From: Amoebidium appalachense
Taxonomy: Eukaryota; Protista; Ichthyosporea
Assembly: GCA_963693365.1 (NCBI GenBank)
Contig: CAVNZM010000005.1
Location: 6,331,167 to 6,395,166, forward strand
DNA: 64,000 nt
Reading direction: 5' to 3'
Part shown: positions 13,740-36,497 of the stretch, piece by piece
Layout of the letters: each line of letters starts with the position of its first letter
Position numbering within the stretch: position 1 is the first letter of the stretch
The notes under the pieces: model-generated
What the model saw: only the letters and a program-made list of their open reading frames with translations
Told to the model about the DNA's origin: nothing
The model's database searches: none
Translations under genes and position numbers: made by a program

Positions 13740-14885
13740 CTTTGTGTGTATGTAAGTAATGCTTTTTCTGTGTGCATGTGATAGCATGAGGTGACACAAA
13801 CACATGTGTGTGTACCTGTGTTTGTCAGGGACGGTGGGGAATAGATGCAGGTATCGATGCGTACAGATTGACGATTTGGAAGGTGATAGAAGGAAGCGTG
13901 ATGAGGGTGGGGGGAGGGAGGTGGGGGGGGGGGGAGCGGGGAGGGGAGGGGGGAGAGAGACGGGAGGGGAGGACTCGGGCCGTTCAATGGGCCAGGTCCG
14001 TGTTGCGAAACCTGATGATGAATGACGATAACTATAGTGCGGGCCTGAGGGACAGATAGTGGTACTAATAAAAATAGATCAGTACAATTATTGAATGACT
14101 GAGTCAGCAATTAATATACACTTACTAACTGCGGCAGTTGAGGTTACGGATTTTTTCTTCAATTATTGAAGGAGGAGGGGAGGGAGGGAGGGGAGAGGGG
14201 CAGGCGGGAAAGAGGGAGGGGAGGAGTTTATATGGGCCAGGCAAATTGGCACTGTGGTGTTATGAACGAGACAAACGATATTTGCATGCCAAAATCTTAC
14301 ATGTGTGCCCGGAATAATCCAAAAAAGAACCAATGAAATGTAAAGCTTCGGTTGATGATGAGCGACGGTGACAGTAACTACACGGGAAGAACCGTTCATC
14401 CCCGACCAGGGGGGAGGGGGGGGGGGGGGGGGGGGGGGGGGAGGGGGGAGTGAAGAAGAGATGAATAGAGGGAAAAGAGAAATGAAATTATTTGTGTGCA
14501 TAGTAGATGCTGTGGCACATGTGCGAATGTGTGGCGAGAGATTTAATCTGTCGGCTTTAGTGTGCAGATTCCGACTGAAGTCTATTAGGTGTAACATCAC
14601 TCAGTGACCAAATGCACCACACTTATGCTATCACATGCCTTGTTCTGCATGCGGTGAAATCCAACACGGCCAGCTCTTCAACTCGAGGAAACTAAAACCA
14701 TTTACCTTAGCTATACTCTTGGCCGTTTGATGCCGTATGTACTTTCAAATTGCACGCACGGTGCAGGAGGCATATGCCGTGTTGTGGGGAGTGCGGCGTT
14801 CTCTAATGTATGACATCATCGGATCATGGCTGACTGCATCAGAGCAATGACGTGTACGAGGACGGGTTGAAAGGAGAGTAGAGGC

Positions 14886-14953
<68 letters not shown>

Positions 14954-15772
14954 AGGGGGGGGGGGGGGGGGGGGGGGGGAGGGGGGAGGGGATGGGATCG
15001 AGGGTTAGGGAGGAAGGCGGCGGGTAAGATCGGGAGAGAGGAGGGGTGGGGGGGGAGGGGAGGGGGCAACCACATCAGGAGAATCAAATTGCTGCGAGCT
15101 TAAACATTCTGCAATTCCAACATTCAGTGCTATGCTTTTAGCAGATATATTCTTCAAGAGAAATTTCTCTGCTGGAAGCGGATGTGCAGGGCATGCTACA
15201 ACAGCTCCTGTTAAGCCTTACCACGCTGCGCTGGGCAATGGTATTTTATTAGTATTTTATTTTAATTTTTTTTGAGATTTAATTGAGGTGGCTTGTTTTT
15301 ATTATTAGCGGGGCTCAGACGACATGTAACATTTGACGCTCTAAGAGTATGTTGCTCTTGTCGTGCCTTATACCATGATGACATCTGATGATTTTAATGA
15401 TTATCCTTGCAAGATATCTACATATCTCTGCTGGATGCTAACCAGCAGCACCCCGCGGCAACGTCGCCAATAGAATTTGGCAAGAGTTTTCAGGTCTCGG
15501 CACAAGTTGTGTTTTTCATGCCGTGGCCACGCAAACATCATACTTACGTGTCTTCTACAGCTTTCTATCAATACAATACAAAAAAAAACTGGCGAAAAAA
15601 AAAAAAAAAAAAAAACACAAGAAAGAAAGAAGATTTATATCATGATGTTGACAAATAGAGCCCCCCCCCCCCCCCCCCCCCCCCCTCCCCCTCCCTCCTC
15701 CCCCCCCCCCCCTCCCCCCCTCCCCCCCCCCCCCCCCAAAAAAAAAACCTCGGGCACAGTTAAAATCAAAAT

Positions 15773-16477
15773 CTACTCAGTGCCATAGTCGATATCCGCC
15801 AGCCTATCCAAGTGCACAGGCACACGCTCAGGCTGCAACTGCACCGCACCATTTCCCTTCACGTGCACCCTTCCATCCCCACCGTACGCCTCCGCCCGGT
15901 GCTCCTGCTGCCGCGCCCTCTTCTCCATCTCTGCGTCTGCAATGCGTTTGCTTTTCAACGAAAAGTGCATGCGCACAAAGAAACCCGCCGCAGCGCTGCA
16001 CAAGCTCGCTCCGGGCCCAAAAACTGGACTGCACGCGCGTGAAGCGGCATAGGAGGCAACCGCGGACGTCATTCCCTGACGGAATTTCGTGAGTGTACAT
16101 GAAGTCGGGTTTGCGCTCGTGGGGCATTCACGCACAACGCCTATTCCTGTGCCCACGAGCATACTTGCCGTGCTGGCTGCCTCCGCGCTATTCAAAACCG
16201 CTTTTGTTACACTGCTAGCAGCACCGGCCAAACCACGCGTAATAACGTCTATGCCTATTTTTTTGGCTTCGGGAGCATCGATGGCCGTTCCCGCAGCAAA
16301 ACGGAACATGAGATGAAGTGCAATGGACGCAGCGGCCTGCTGTGTGAGTCCCGATGATCCCTTTTGGAGTAGGTCCTCTGCTTGGGTCACAACGATAAGG
16401 TTGTTTGGGGAGGATGTTTTTAGGGAGCTTAGGGCTTGCTTTGCGCCCTCGGCTACAAGGGGTGTGACTCGCTCCAT
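15773..16477 (-). CDS. Hypothetical Ala/Gly-rich helical protein, 234 aa, intronless
   Basis: Non-repetitive ORF from ATG at 16477 in an A-rich context (aaaaaaATGG). A TATA-like ctatataaag lies on the minus strand at ~16633-16642. Confidence 0.65.
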   Translation of the reverse strand: MERVTPLVAEGAKQALSSLKTSSPNNLIVVTQAEDLLQKGSSGLTQQAAASIALHLMFRFAAGTAIDAPEAKKIGIDVITRGLAGAASSVTKAVLNSAEAASTASMLVGTGIGVVRECPTSANPTSCTLTKFRQGMTSAVASYAASRACSPVFGPGASLCSAAAGFFVRMHFSLKSKRIADAEMEKRARQQEHRAEAYGGDGRVHVKGNGAVQLQPERVPVHLDRLADIDYGTE

Positions 16478-17767
16478 TTTTTTCAAAGGGGTGTGAGTTG
16501 ATATTCAATGAATCCTTTTGAAGTTTAGCTGGTGTCCCTACGTCTATAGGTACATAATGTGCGCGAGCAGAATCGAAGTAAACACCTGCTAAAGAGAGTC
16601 GCGGCCGCTGCAGACTGAATCTTCTGTGGTGCTTTATATAGCATGGTGGCCAGATATCGGTCAGGTGATTGGTCTATGGAAATCTAGAATCCAGGGTTAC
16701 GAATATTGAATGAATCACTAGTACATAGGCTCACTCGGCCTCACTGTGCCGTGCCAGATCCGACCTTGAGCAACCATGACTTGTGGCAGAGGGCGCAAAA
16801 AAGAAACCACGGCTTTCATAATAATATGTTAATACAATTTTTAGCATGATATCGCTGTTAGAGGCGGGAGCTTGATAGGCAGAGCCTTGATCCCCACTCT
16901 GTTCCAGTCTCACCGCGGTCGTTTATAACCCTGATTGTTTGGAATGCTGTGGAATTCTAGAATCGAAGGAATGCTCTCGTTTGATTGGCTAACGTCCAGC
17001 GTCTTTTACGATTGGTAAGCTCTTTCTAGGCGCCAAAATCCATCCAATCGCAAGCAAGCTCTGCTAAACAGGTGCAGATCCAAATATTAGACTGAGGTCT
17101 GACTGACGAGTTTGTGTAAAAAGCTTTCAACTTTTAAGGAATTTACTTCTGTAGCTACTTACTGCACGGTTAAGTGCAACACATCACCACATTCACCGCT
17201 TCTCAGCGAAACCCTAACCACACCTAAACATGCACCCCTTCTTCTCCAAGCAAACCCTGAGCACCACAACATCGCATGCATATGCGCGCACCCTCTAGTG
17301 ATCATCATAATATTGCAATTGAACAATCGAGCTATATATTACTATTAGATACAACTAAGAGAGGATTTCTAGCTTTGCCTTGCTAAATCTGAGGGGGTTT
17401 ATGAACCTTGCGCCTAGAAAAAGCTTGCCAATCGTAAAAGACGCTGAGAATATTTAACTCCTCATACTACCTTATACACGCACACATGTGTACACACAGA
17501 CTGACACAGTGTGTCACAGGACACACCCCAATATCACACGTAAATACGCATGCGGACACGCACATGCGCAGACGCATGTGCACACACACATACACATACA
17601 CACAAATACGCACGTACACACCACACCCACACACATGCGCGCACGCATGCAAATCGCCGGTACTTGCCCCTTAGAAATTCCGACGTGGATGGTTGAGCAC
17701 ACAAACACACAGACAAATGGCACGCACACGCACACGCACACACACACACACCCATGCACACACACAC

Positions 17768-17966
<199 letters not shown>

Positions 17967-18101
17967 GGCACACACACACACCGTAGCACACATAAACACA
18001 CACACATATACACACATGTACACGCACAAACACACGCGCCGTGACACACGCACGCGCACACGCACACACGGACACACACGTACACACATTCACGCATGCG
18101 A

Positions 18102-18189
<88 letters not shown>

Positions 18190-18767
18190 ACACCCACACC
18201 CACACCCACACACCCACACACACCCACATCGTCCCATGTGTACAACCACTCTCTCTATTAAAAACGCACACCGGCTTTATTTATGCAGATGCATATTTAA
18301 TACACACACACGTGTTGCGTGTATCCGGCCGTATATACGTATGTATTACCGCCCACACACTGGGCACACATGCGTACCCATCGGGCATGATACACGTGCA
18401 CGCACGCACACAAACTCGCTGTGCTTGCACACACACATGCTTTGCATATGCATGCTCGCACATTTACATGCACAAGCACACATAGCTAGTAGCTATAGTA
18501 ACAAACGACAAACACAGCTTACACACACGTGCACACACACACGTGAACACACACACACCAGTGCACACGCACACGGACACGCACACATTCACAAACACAC
18601 AAACGCACACACAGGCACGCATGTATTCACACACAAACATACATACATACACATACCGACACACACGGCATCTGCATGCGTACTACCAGCATCACTCTTA
18701 CACTCACACAAACCGTTTTATTTATTATTATGTACACACACACACACATACACACACACACACACAC

Positions 18768-18855
<88 letters not shown>

Positions 18856-20214
18856 CGTACGCACACAACATGCACGTGGCGTGTACACCGTCCGTGTACA
18901 CATGTGTATTCATCGGGTACACGTACGCGCGCACGCACCCATCATCGCCGGTGCGCACATATATCACGTTGTACATGTGTGATCATGTGCGTGGACAGCC
19001 TTCCACAGAAATGTGAAATTATCAACTTTTTGTTGATTGGTGTACCTAAATCTATAGCGCTCGTCGATTGGTGTCTATTTTAAGATTCAATATGATTGGC
19101 TGAAACTGCACCCTCTGGCATCCGATCCTTCGCCCATCCAAAAGTAAACAACAAGCGCATTTCAGAAGAGGCAATGCTTTGAAGTTGAAAAAAAACATGG
19201 CCCATTTACTGTTAGTTAGGTATTTTAAAATATAAAAAAAGAAGTTACGCAGCAGATAGTAGTACTGTACTATGCTAGCGTATCATTTCTACTGACCTCT
19301 TTGGCATCACGCCGCCTTGACAACATCCAAATACCAGATCTTACTTGACAGAATCATCAGATCTTAATCGCGGACCAAAAGCAAAACTGCGGGCTAGCCA
19401 CTGGCCCAGTGGGGCCGGGGTGCCCCCTTGTTAGCAATAAAACAAGTTTTATTTCGCGCACAGTGCTTGTCATCTGTGCTGCTTTTGAAGCCATGCTATA
19501 AATGGGCATGTCGCATGATATATGCACACCAATGTTCCCTCTAGCCGATGGATGATCTAGCTGGCAGTGCATTTGAACACACGAGCATCTCAAACATCGT
19601 TAGAGCATTCAGTGAAGGACGAGTATGAAAGCACAATATACGAATAGAGGACACTTTCTGAAGCGCTGTGAATGATTTACAGACTCGTAACTATTTTTCT
19701 GCTCGAAGTTGCAAATATGCATAAGAGCTTGGGGAAACCAGAGTTCTATCGGTGATTCGAATTCAGTGGGTGCATAAAGTGAATATTCGCTGTTGAAGCC
19801 GACATCCATTTGCAAAGAGCCATGCAAAGGCCCTTTACCACACGTAGAGTGCTGGAAATCCCAGTATTTTAATTTTTCCTTGCCAATATCATATTAACAC
19901 ACCCCTATTTTCACGTTTAAATTGACGGCTGCTATTCCTGTTTGCAAGACACACCTCATTCAAATAAGTGTCGAGTCCAGCATTATGGGTAGCTAGCCAC
20001 CTCGAAAAATCCAAATGAAAGCGTAGTAAAGTCCACATATATTTCAGGGAGAGGCAGTATGTGAATGTATGTGACGTGGGTGAAGCACGGAAAGCTACTA
20101 GACTGCTCTTGATGTAAACAGTTGTGTAGGTCACAACTTTGTGCACTAGGTGCACTCAGTCTCATTTTCAGAGCAGGCAAATTACATTTGTGACGCACAA
20201 CCAAACAACAGAAA

Positions 20215-28350
<8,136 letters not shown>

Positions 28351-28734
28351 TGCAAAACCCCCCTCTCTCTTCCCCCCCCCCCCCTCCCCCCCCCCCCCCC
28401 CCCCCCCCTTCTTTCCGGTAGGCCTTAACCCCCACACCTCCAATACATGAAACACACACACATTCACACACACCTATGATTTTCATTGTTGAAAACCATT
28501 GAAAAAGTCAATAGGAAGTAGGCAATCATGTTGCGATTTTTAGGTTTTTTTTTTAAAATTTTTGGGTTTTTAGATTACAGTTTTCCTGTTTTGGGGTTGT
28601 GGGAGACTCGGATCTTTGAGAAATGTTTCGACACTGAGTAAGGTCGCTTTTTTTTTTCCGTGCTGCGTGAACAAACTGTTTTTGTGCCTCGCGCTCAAAC
28701 ATGTGCGCCCCAATGCGCGCAAACCTTTACTTGC

Positions 28735-28768
28735 CCTCTGGTTTTGGACATCTTTTAATTCGAACACG

Positions 28769-28846
<78 letters not shown>

Positions 28847-28984
28847 GCACACATACACACACACACACACACACACAGTTGACTCGGGTATACCATATGG
28901 TCCTCTGGTTTTGGACATCTTTTAAATCGAACACGTCACCCACACACACACACACACGCACACACATGCACACACGCACACGGG

Positions 28985-29016
<32 letters not shown>

Positions 29017-29038
29017 GTTGACTCGGGTAAACCATATG
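28735..29038. repeat. Tandem duplication (167 + 137 bp) with a variable internal CA tract
   Basis: 'cctctggttttggacatcttttaa...cagttgactcgggta.accatatg' starts at 28735 and 28902. Confidence 0.9.
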
Positions 29039-29856
29039 TCCGCAAGAGGAGCATTTATGAAATGTACTGTGTGCATTGCGAATCTCATGAAACTTTGCTT
29101 CGATTTCAGAGCAGGGCGGGTTTAATGCTGTTCTGTTGGTATGATTCGGCGCTGATCGATCTTTGCTTAACCAATCATTTTGAAGGCTTTCCCCTAGGCA
29201 GTTGTTAATATTCAGCAAAATAGTTTCTTCCTGTACATATGAACTTGGGTACAACTTTGCTTCGGGCGGCCAAGATTCTTGTATATATGTCGTGAAATGA
29301 TAACCTACATTATTGTAAGTTAAAGTAGCTGTTAGGTGTAGGTGACCTTTTTTGCCGTTAATTTTTATTGTTTTGCTTCATTGGTTCACAATGCCAGTTA
29401 AAACTACCCGATCGACCCGAATAATCGATTGGGCGGGTTAAGGGGTTTTGCCAGAAAGGCCGGTTGGTGCCTTTAAGCAATCCTCAAAAATAACAAAAAT
29501 AAAATGGTACAATATGATTGGTTCAGATGCTTAGCACTGCGGCGATGCACTTGGGTTGATTCCTAAGAATAATCAGCTTTTGGCGAATGGTTTTTGATGC
29601 CCCCCCCCCCCCCCCCCAACACACACACCAACACTCACACACACACATACCGTGGCACGCGCACCTTCTCTCCCTCCCCTGGCCCCCCTACTCCCCCCCC
29701 CCCCCCCCCTCCCCCCCCCGGCCTTCAACCAAAACACCAACACACACACACACGTGTACACACACACAGAGAGAGACAGGGGTCAACGTGTCCTGTGACA
29801 TACACACGCATGCAGATTTTCCGTGGACACACACGCAACACAAGAGTACATAGGCT

Positions 29857-29910
<54 letters not shown>

Positions 29911-30025
29911 CCCCCAGTTGATATTTTTCAAAAAATTAAAAGGAGGAATGTAGATAGGCAATATGATAATTAGGAATTAATGTTGCATATACTCACCCCC
30001 CCCCCCCCACCACCACCACCACCAC

Positions 30026-30062
<37 letters not shown>

Positions 30063-30269
30063 ACACGTGCACCCCCCTCCCCCCCCCCCCCCCCCCCAAA
30101 AAAAAAAAAAAAAAAGCTCACATGTGTACACGCACATTCCACTTCCACCCTTTTTTATCTTCCACCACCCAATGGCACCCGCCGGCGGTCCGCTCATATT
30201 TTATATTTGCGGGAACTCACGGTTGCTTCAGCTTAGAGAACATGAGCCTCGCCTGTGACTGTATGTGCA

Positions 30270-30332
<63 letters not shown>

Positions 30333-31065
30333 CCCCCCAGTCCCCTTAACCCCGGGCACCGTCATGACCGTGCAGTCACCGTGTCAACTTGAAAGTGGTG
30401 TGCATGCCTACGTATGACACCGGGTCCCTGGGCCCCGGCCGCGGAAGTGATGTCTGACAATGCGTTAAGAAATTTCAGTTTCATCTGCGTTCGATATGCC
30501 CAAGTTAATTGGCGAGTCTTCTATATGCAGTTTTGCTAGCTCCGATTGCAACCTAAGCTTAAATATACTGATCATTGATCAGTGACACACACATACATAC
30601 ACACGGTGTCAGCCACGCACGCACAGTTACACGCGCACGCACACACACACACACACACACACATACACACACGCACGCACGCACGCACGCACGCACACAC
30701 GCACACGCACACACACACGGTCACACACACAAACACGCACTCACACAGCATGTGGTAGGTAGCATGTGCACACGTTTAATATCCTGCTGTACGGGCATGC
30801 ATGCTACCACACAGCACATGAACTTTGAGTCACTGGTGGCACACACGTACACACACACACGTAGACGCATTGTCACACCCACACAAAACACACCGTGACG
30901 TGCACTGTGACACTGCGGTCACACACACAAGCACACGCATGACGCACACTCAGAGCCGCGTACACACACAGACACACACACAAGACACACGTGCGCACAC
31001 TGGCACACGCACCCGTGCACACACACACACGCACACACACACACACGCATACACAGCCTGACACA

Positions 31066-31128
<63 letters not shown>

Positions 31129-33000
31129 ACACACACACATTGACACACACACACGCATACACACGCACACACACACACGCGCACACACAGACACGCACAC
31201 ACACACACACACACACACACTGGCCACTGGCAATGCACACACGTGCACACGCACTTTCAAACTGCAGAGGAGGCTCGGTTCTCATGGGAACTGTGATCCA
31301 AATAGAAAGGACCGTGCCACCCGGCTCACAGCCCTCGAGCCCTGAGAGGGACTGCCATATATATGTCACTCATCGGATACCATATCAATAATTGGTAGGG
31401 TGCAAAAACACCTATGCCCACTGCATACTGTACCATGCGGGCCATCTACACAGACAAGCAGACACACACACTTACTGTACAACAGCTCTACGTACAACCC
31501 GGCCCGAGCTCACCCGGCCCGTGACATGTTACCACATGTACATCTTCAAGCGGCTGAAAATATTTATGGATCAATGGTGCGCGCTTGACGAATCGGAAAT
31601 GGCTCCTGACGTCATCGATAGGCTAAATAGTGCGCGCGCATCCGATGCATCTCTTTCCGAATCCGGACCAACAGGTGAACTTACGGTCGAAGCGAGAAAT
31701 CGGTATGTACATGTTCTCACCGAGGCTCGACACACCGAGACTTGAGGTAATATGCAGGAAAGACAGCGAAAAGGAAAACGTGTTTTTGCTGTATCATGGC
31801 CGGGCAAAGAGAAGCTCCCAACCCAAGCCATGAATAACAGCCAGCATTCGAGCTCTGCAGCCGCAGAGTGCCAGACTCATTTCCAATGCAGTAGCCTAAT
31901 GGATAATAATCACTCGCTAATCTTAGCGCCAAATTCAAATATAGCCATATGAAGTTATTTATGGCCAGAAAGCGCCAATCACTCTGTCTACTTCCTGAGT
32001 ATGTTTCTATTGGCTGTGTTTGTATGTAACTCGATTGGCTGATATTCACATGACAGACCCGCAGTGGGGTGTTCAATACACGACATGATGGCACCTTTTT
32101 TCTATGCAACTCGAGGTTTCCGTCTTGAGGCCCGATTGGGGATTGTGCTGCGAAAAATCATCATAAAAATAAAAATGAGATGACTGGGGGTGAAGATATA
32201 ACAGCAACTCCACCAGAACATATCAAAAGCGCTAACACTATAATTATATATTGCTTTTATTTGAATAATGTTGCTGCCCAAACTTAAACCTGAACCCCCC
32301 CTGCCCCGTATACCCGCGCACCTTCACCCCGTAGCTGCAGAGGGGATCACCGGAAGTAGATATCTCCTAATTCGAGAAAAAAATAACTAGCCTGCTGCAA
32401 GAGAATATTCTTCCCGAAGACATTATGTTGCACCGCTATTAGGGTATTATAATCATTTATTATGATCCCTTCACATACAAAAGTTCGGGCTCCATCCGAT
32501 GGTTATGTCAATAATATGTGGAATGCCATAGGACGCCATGGAAAGTTTAGGGGGTCTTTCCTTCGTTCACATGCACGGAGGCTCGCGGTCACTACCAGTC
32601 GACCATGGACCAAAAAGATATGCTTTGAGGTGTTTCTAGATGGCCGTGGCTTTGAGCTAAAACCAACCTAAAATTTATATATAGCTACACACGGTTGTGG
32701 GGTAGAAGCGCTGTTCAATGACATACATGTGAAAAAGGGTTTACGTCTCTGCGACACATGGCCTCTATTTTTTAAAACACACCAAGTTTGAAACAAAAAC
32801 TGTACTCAGTCGTACTCAGAATGGTTTTGTTGATGCATCCACTCCTTTGACGGATGCTTGGGGCGTTTTCAGCGTATACATGGAGTGCACCCGCACCCAA
32901 ATACAACCAGGGCAAAGCTTTGCACCCGTCCTCAATCCAGGATCCTCATATATGTCAAGCACGCCCTTGCTTCTGAGTTTGCATCACCCCAATGCGGCGA

Positions 33001-33514
33001 ATGACAGCCTGTGCCCACGATCCAGAACCCTACCCCTTCCTTGTCTCTCTTGCCATCGCCGCCGATGTGCAGACAGTGGTTACAACATGCCTCCTCATCG
33101 GTGGCCTTGTGCTAACATGGAGGTACCATTTGCATGGTGCCAAGCTGTCGTCAGCACTGTTTGCACTTCTACCGCTACTGGGCTTCATCTTCAACACATT
33201 CTACTATGGACAGATAGATGACTTCTGTTTTATGCAGCTGCCGGTACGTCTATTCCCTAACGTACTCCAAGCCCGTTGCTGTCAGCCATAGTGAAGCTGT
33301 ACGACAAACAAATGCATGCGTTCATGCATTCACGTTATACGCACGTGCCTGCGAGAAAGGGCTGACTTCCACACGCGCACACAAGAGTATCAACATGACA
33401 CGCACTGCGGCAACTGCCTTATTGAAAACACAAGAGGATGCACACAGCATTTTTTGTAAACGAGCGGCGCACACCTGCATACATTATGGCAATCACAAAA
33501 CACACAAGCACACG

Positions 33515-33548
<34 letters not shown>

Positions 33549-33566
33549 TACACTCTTGATACGCGT

Positions 33567-33637
<71 letters not shown>

Positions 33638-33970
33638 ATCTACACACAAATAGACACGCTCCAAGTGTGCCGACACCGTCTGTGTGCTTCACTTCCATCA
33701 ACTGCGGTTTACTTCTCCTTATGATGGTGCCACAGGTTGAATTATTCATCACGGACTTGCACCCTGCCCCCCCCCCCCCCCCCCCCCCCCCCCTCCAAGT
33801 TCTCCACCGTCCGGGATCATATGTCCCCACCCGCACTTCTGTATTTTCGTATATATGTGCGTATTCCTTTTCATGCTTCACGGTAGTCTTCGATCTGTGA
33901 CTTTGTATCTCGTACTGTACTGTGCAGCCCGGCTCCACCCCCCACTTTCCCCCGAGGCATACATCCACGT

Positions 33971-34054
<84 letters not shown>

Positions 34055-35092
34055 ACCCACCCACCCACACACACACTTTCACATACACACACACGCACAC
34101 TCGCACGCACACGCACATGCATACATACACATACGCAGCATACATGTATTACACATACACATACACACACGCACAATCACAAACACATCCCCTTTTTCTT
34201 CAACACAGGTTACACTAATCCCGTCCTCCCCCCCCCCCCCCCCTCCTTTACCAATTCACACACACAGGACGTGATGCTTCGTTTCCTTTTTTGGATAGGC
34301 CCCCCTCTGCGCTACCTTCCCGCCCTTGTTGTCTACGGCCGGCTGGTGGTGTGTGCATACGGTCATCCCGTTGGTTTCCACTCTTGGAGGCACCCAATCC
34401 TCGTACGTGCGGACATGGGCACTGGGTGGATGTGTGCGGCTCTTGCAGTTCTGCTACTTCCGTATTTCATACTGTTAACATTGGAAACGATTTTCGTGCA
34501 TTTCGACGGTATCAACACCGGACGGTGGCCACCGTCTGAGCGTGTGCGTATTTTGTTCTACATCGGCCGGGGGTTTGACGTGCTTTATTTGGCGTCGGCG
34601 TGCGTCGGTTCATACCTCCTGCACAAAGCTCGAAAGTCGCTCGAGAGCTACCACCTGAACCAGGCGTTACTACTGTTCGGTTATTTTGTTTCGTTTTTTG
34701 TGTTCTACACGGTGGCGACCATCATCAACAACGTTTTGGAGGATCCCAAAACCGCGATTATCCTCATTCACATCCTTCTGTTTATCCAAACGTATCTTGC
34801 TTTCGCGCTGTGGCTCGGTATGGTTAGGGCGGCCGTGACCTATCAGGCAAAGTTTTCCAATGGCCAAACTGTTGACAACATTAACAACAGTGTAAGGTCT
34901 CTCCCAATCCCGGGATCAGGTGCGGGAAGTAGTGGCATGTCGAGTCAAAACACCAAAGCAAAGGACATGACGATACCTTTTTTTCTTCCGAAGCACGTAA
35001 CTGATACGGGCCCACCTGAGGGTCGTGATTCAATGATACTGCAGGATGTCGTCGTGACACAAGCTGATAGAACAGGCGGTGAACGTGTATAA
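33001..35092 (+). CDS. Putative seven-transmembrane (GPCR-like) protein; exons ~33001-33243 and 34268-35092, 5' end uncertain
   Basis: Phase-0 join ...FMQLP|gtacgt...cacacag|DVMLRFLFW... Two hydrophobic helices lie in exon 1 and five in exon 2, followed by a hydrophilic Ser/Thr-containing tail. Confidence 0.7.
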
Positions 35093-35433
35093 TCATCGGC
35101 CTTCTTTTTTAGTTTGCGTAAGTATTAGTTATTGTATAATGATGATACATAACCTTGGGGCCTTTGAAAGTTTGTGCTACCATAAGCTTCTGGCAGACGG
35201 TAACGATTTCGCCTGATGTACTTGCGGTAATAGGCATGAATCTTTCTTTACGGTACTTGCAACTCACTGAATGCATGTCTTGATTAGTGTTAGCAGCTCG
35301 TCATCGGACGACGTAACCATATTAATTTTAGCCGAACGAATGAATGAATATCAAAATTGGCACGGCAAGTGTCTCTACTTGTTAGTAATTGTCGAGCATT
35401 TGAGAGTTCGTTTCCGCACACTCCCCTGCTGCC

Positions 35434-35473
<40 letters not shown>

Positions 35474-35792
35474 CCAAAAAAAAAAAAAAAAAAAAAAAAG
35501 TGGGGGAGAGGGAGAGAAAGGGGGGGGGGGGGGGGGGGGGGGGAGCTCTAGGGAGCTCCGGACATAGGTACACAGCCACATGCAGGCGTTATAAAACAGA
35601 CGTGCACATATCATCAAACAAATGCAGTCGTCCAATCACATTCCTGACTGTTTGAGCTAACCTCGACCGTGACTGTTCCTGTGTGGTTTCCTGTTGTGTA
35701 TCCTCTGCACTAGTGTCTGTGTTGTTTTCTTCTTGGACGCTATTATTTCTCTTGCGTTCAGCTAGCAGTTTTAGTAGCTGTTTTGTTTTTTT

Positions 35793-36497
35793 GTGAGCTT
35801 GGTAGACAGCACCCATAGTGAGACCAGCGTTAATACTGGGGGTGGGGGGGTATCACCCCCTTCCCCCGCCCATAGTAGCCCCAATAGCCCTAGTGTAGGT
35901 AAAAGCGATTCGGAGGAAGAATGCAACCCCCCTCGCAAAAAGCACAGAGCAGAGCAAGTTGATGCTACAAACACACATGCAAACACACCCACACCCACAA
36001 CCACACCACGGACCGACCCCGCAGAGGGAGCAGCACAGCATGCTGTCGAGGTTGAAAATCATAGCGACGATTCCCACTCAGGTAGTGATGGCGATGACAG
36101 CAGCAGCGATGCTGAGGATGCGGGCAAGGAAAGCAGTAGCAGTGTTGGGGGCTACAAGTCCATAGGCTCTAGTGACGATTCAGACGCCGTTCCCCTCAGA
36201 GTGTTGGTCCGCCTTAGAGAACGTAGGGGTTCTCTGGGGACCGAAAATGACCCACCCGCAGCTAGCGTCGACTGGGTTGATGCACAAAACGCGAGTGCAC
36301 AAGAAACAGACACCACAGCCCCACTATCTATAAGTCCGGATGCAACCACCAACCCCACCAGCTCACCAACCCGAGGCCCACCCCCTAAAGAACCACGTAT
36401 GCCACGCACACACCCAGATGAAAGCACAATCGAAGAGGGGCTCAAGTTTTCTAACGCCGGTCTTTGTCATCTTCACTTGATTCTCAGCAAGACTTAG
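35793..36497 (+). CDS. Low-complexity acidic/Ser/Pro-rich ORF with NLS-like PPRKKHR; possible exon or relic
   Basis: 705-nt open frame without microsatellite content. It has no ATG near the start and no domain was recognised. Confidence 0.3.
   Translation: MSLVDSTHSETSVNTGGGGVSPPSPAHSSPNSPSVGKSDSEEECNPPRKKHRAEQVDATNTHANTPTPTTTPRTDPAEGAAQHAVEVENHSDDSHSGSDGDDSSSDAEDAGKESSSSVGGYKSIGSSDDSDAVPLRVLVRLRERRGSLGTENDPPAASVDWVDAQNASAQETDTTAPLSISPDATTNPTSSPTRGPPPKEPRMPRTHPDESTIEEGLKFSNAGLCHLHLILSKT

Noticed and set aside
29436-30351. Inverted ggttaagggg / ccccttaacc suggesting a TTAA-targeting element
   Set aside because: Only 4 bp of match inside the TTAA; no real TIR.
31536-31833. Possible two-exon small gene (MYIFKRLK...ARNR|KDSEKENV...)
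   Set aside because: Phase-compatible but short, with no recognisable homology; insufficient support.
33654-33735. Candidate extra exon in the 7TM gene
   Set aside because: The direct join 33243->34268 is in phase and gives a better TM3.
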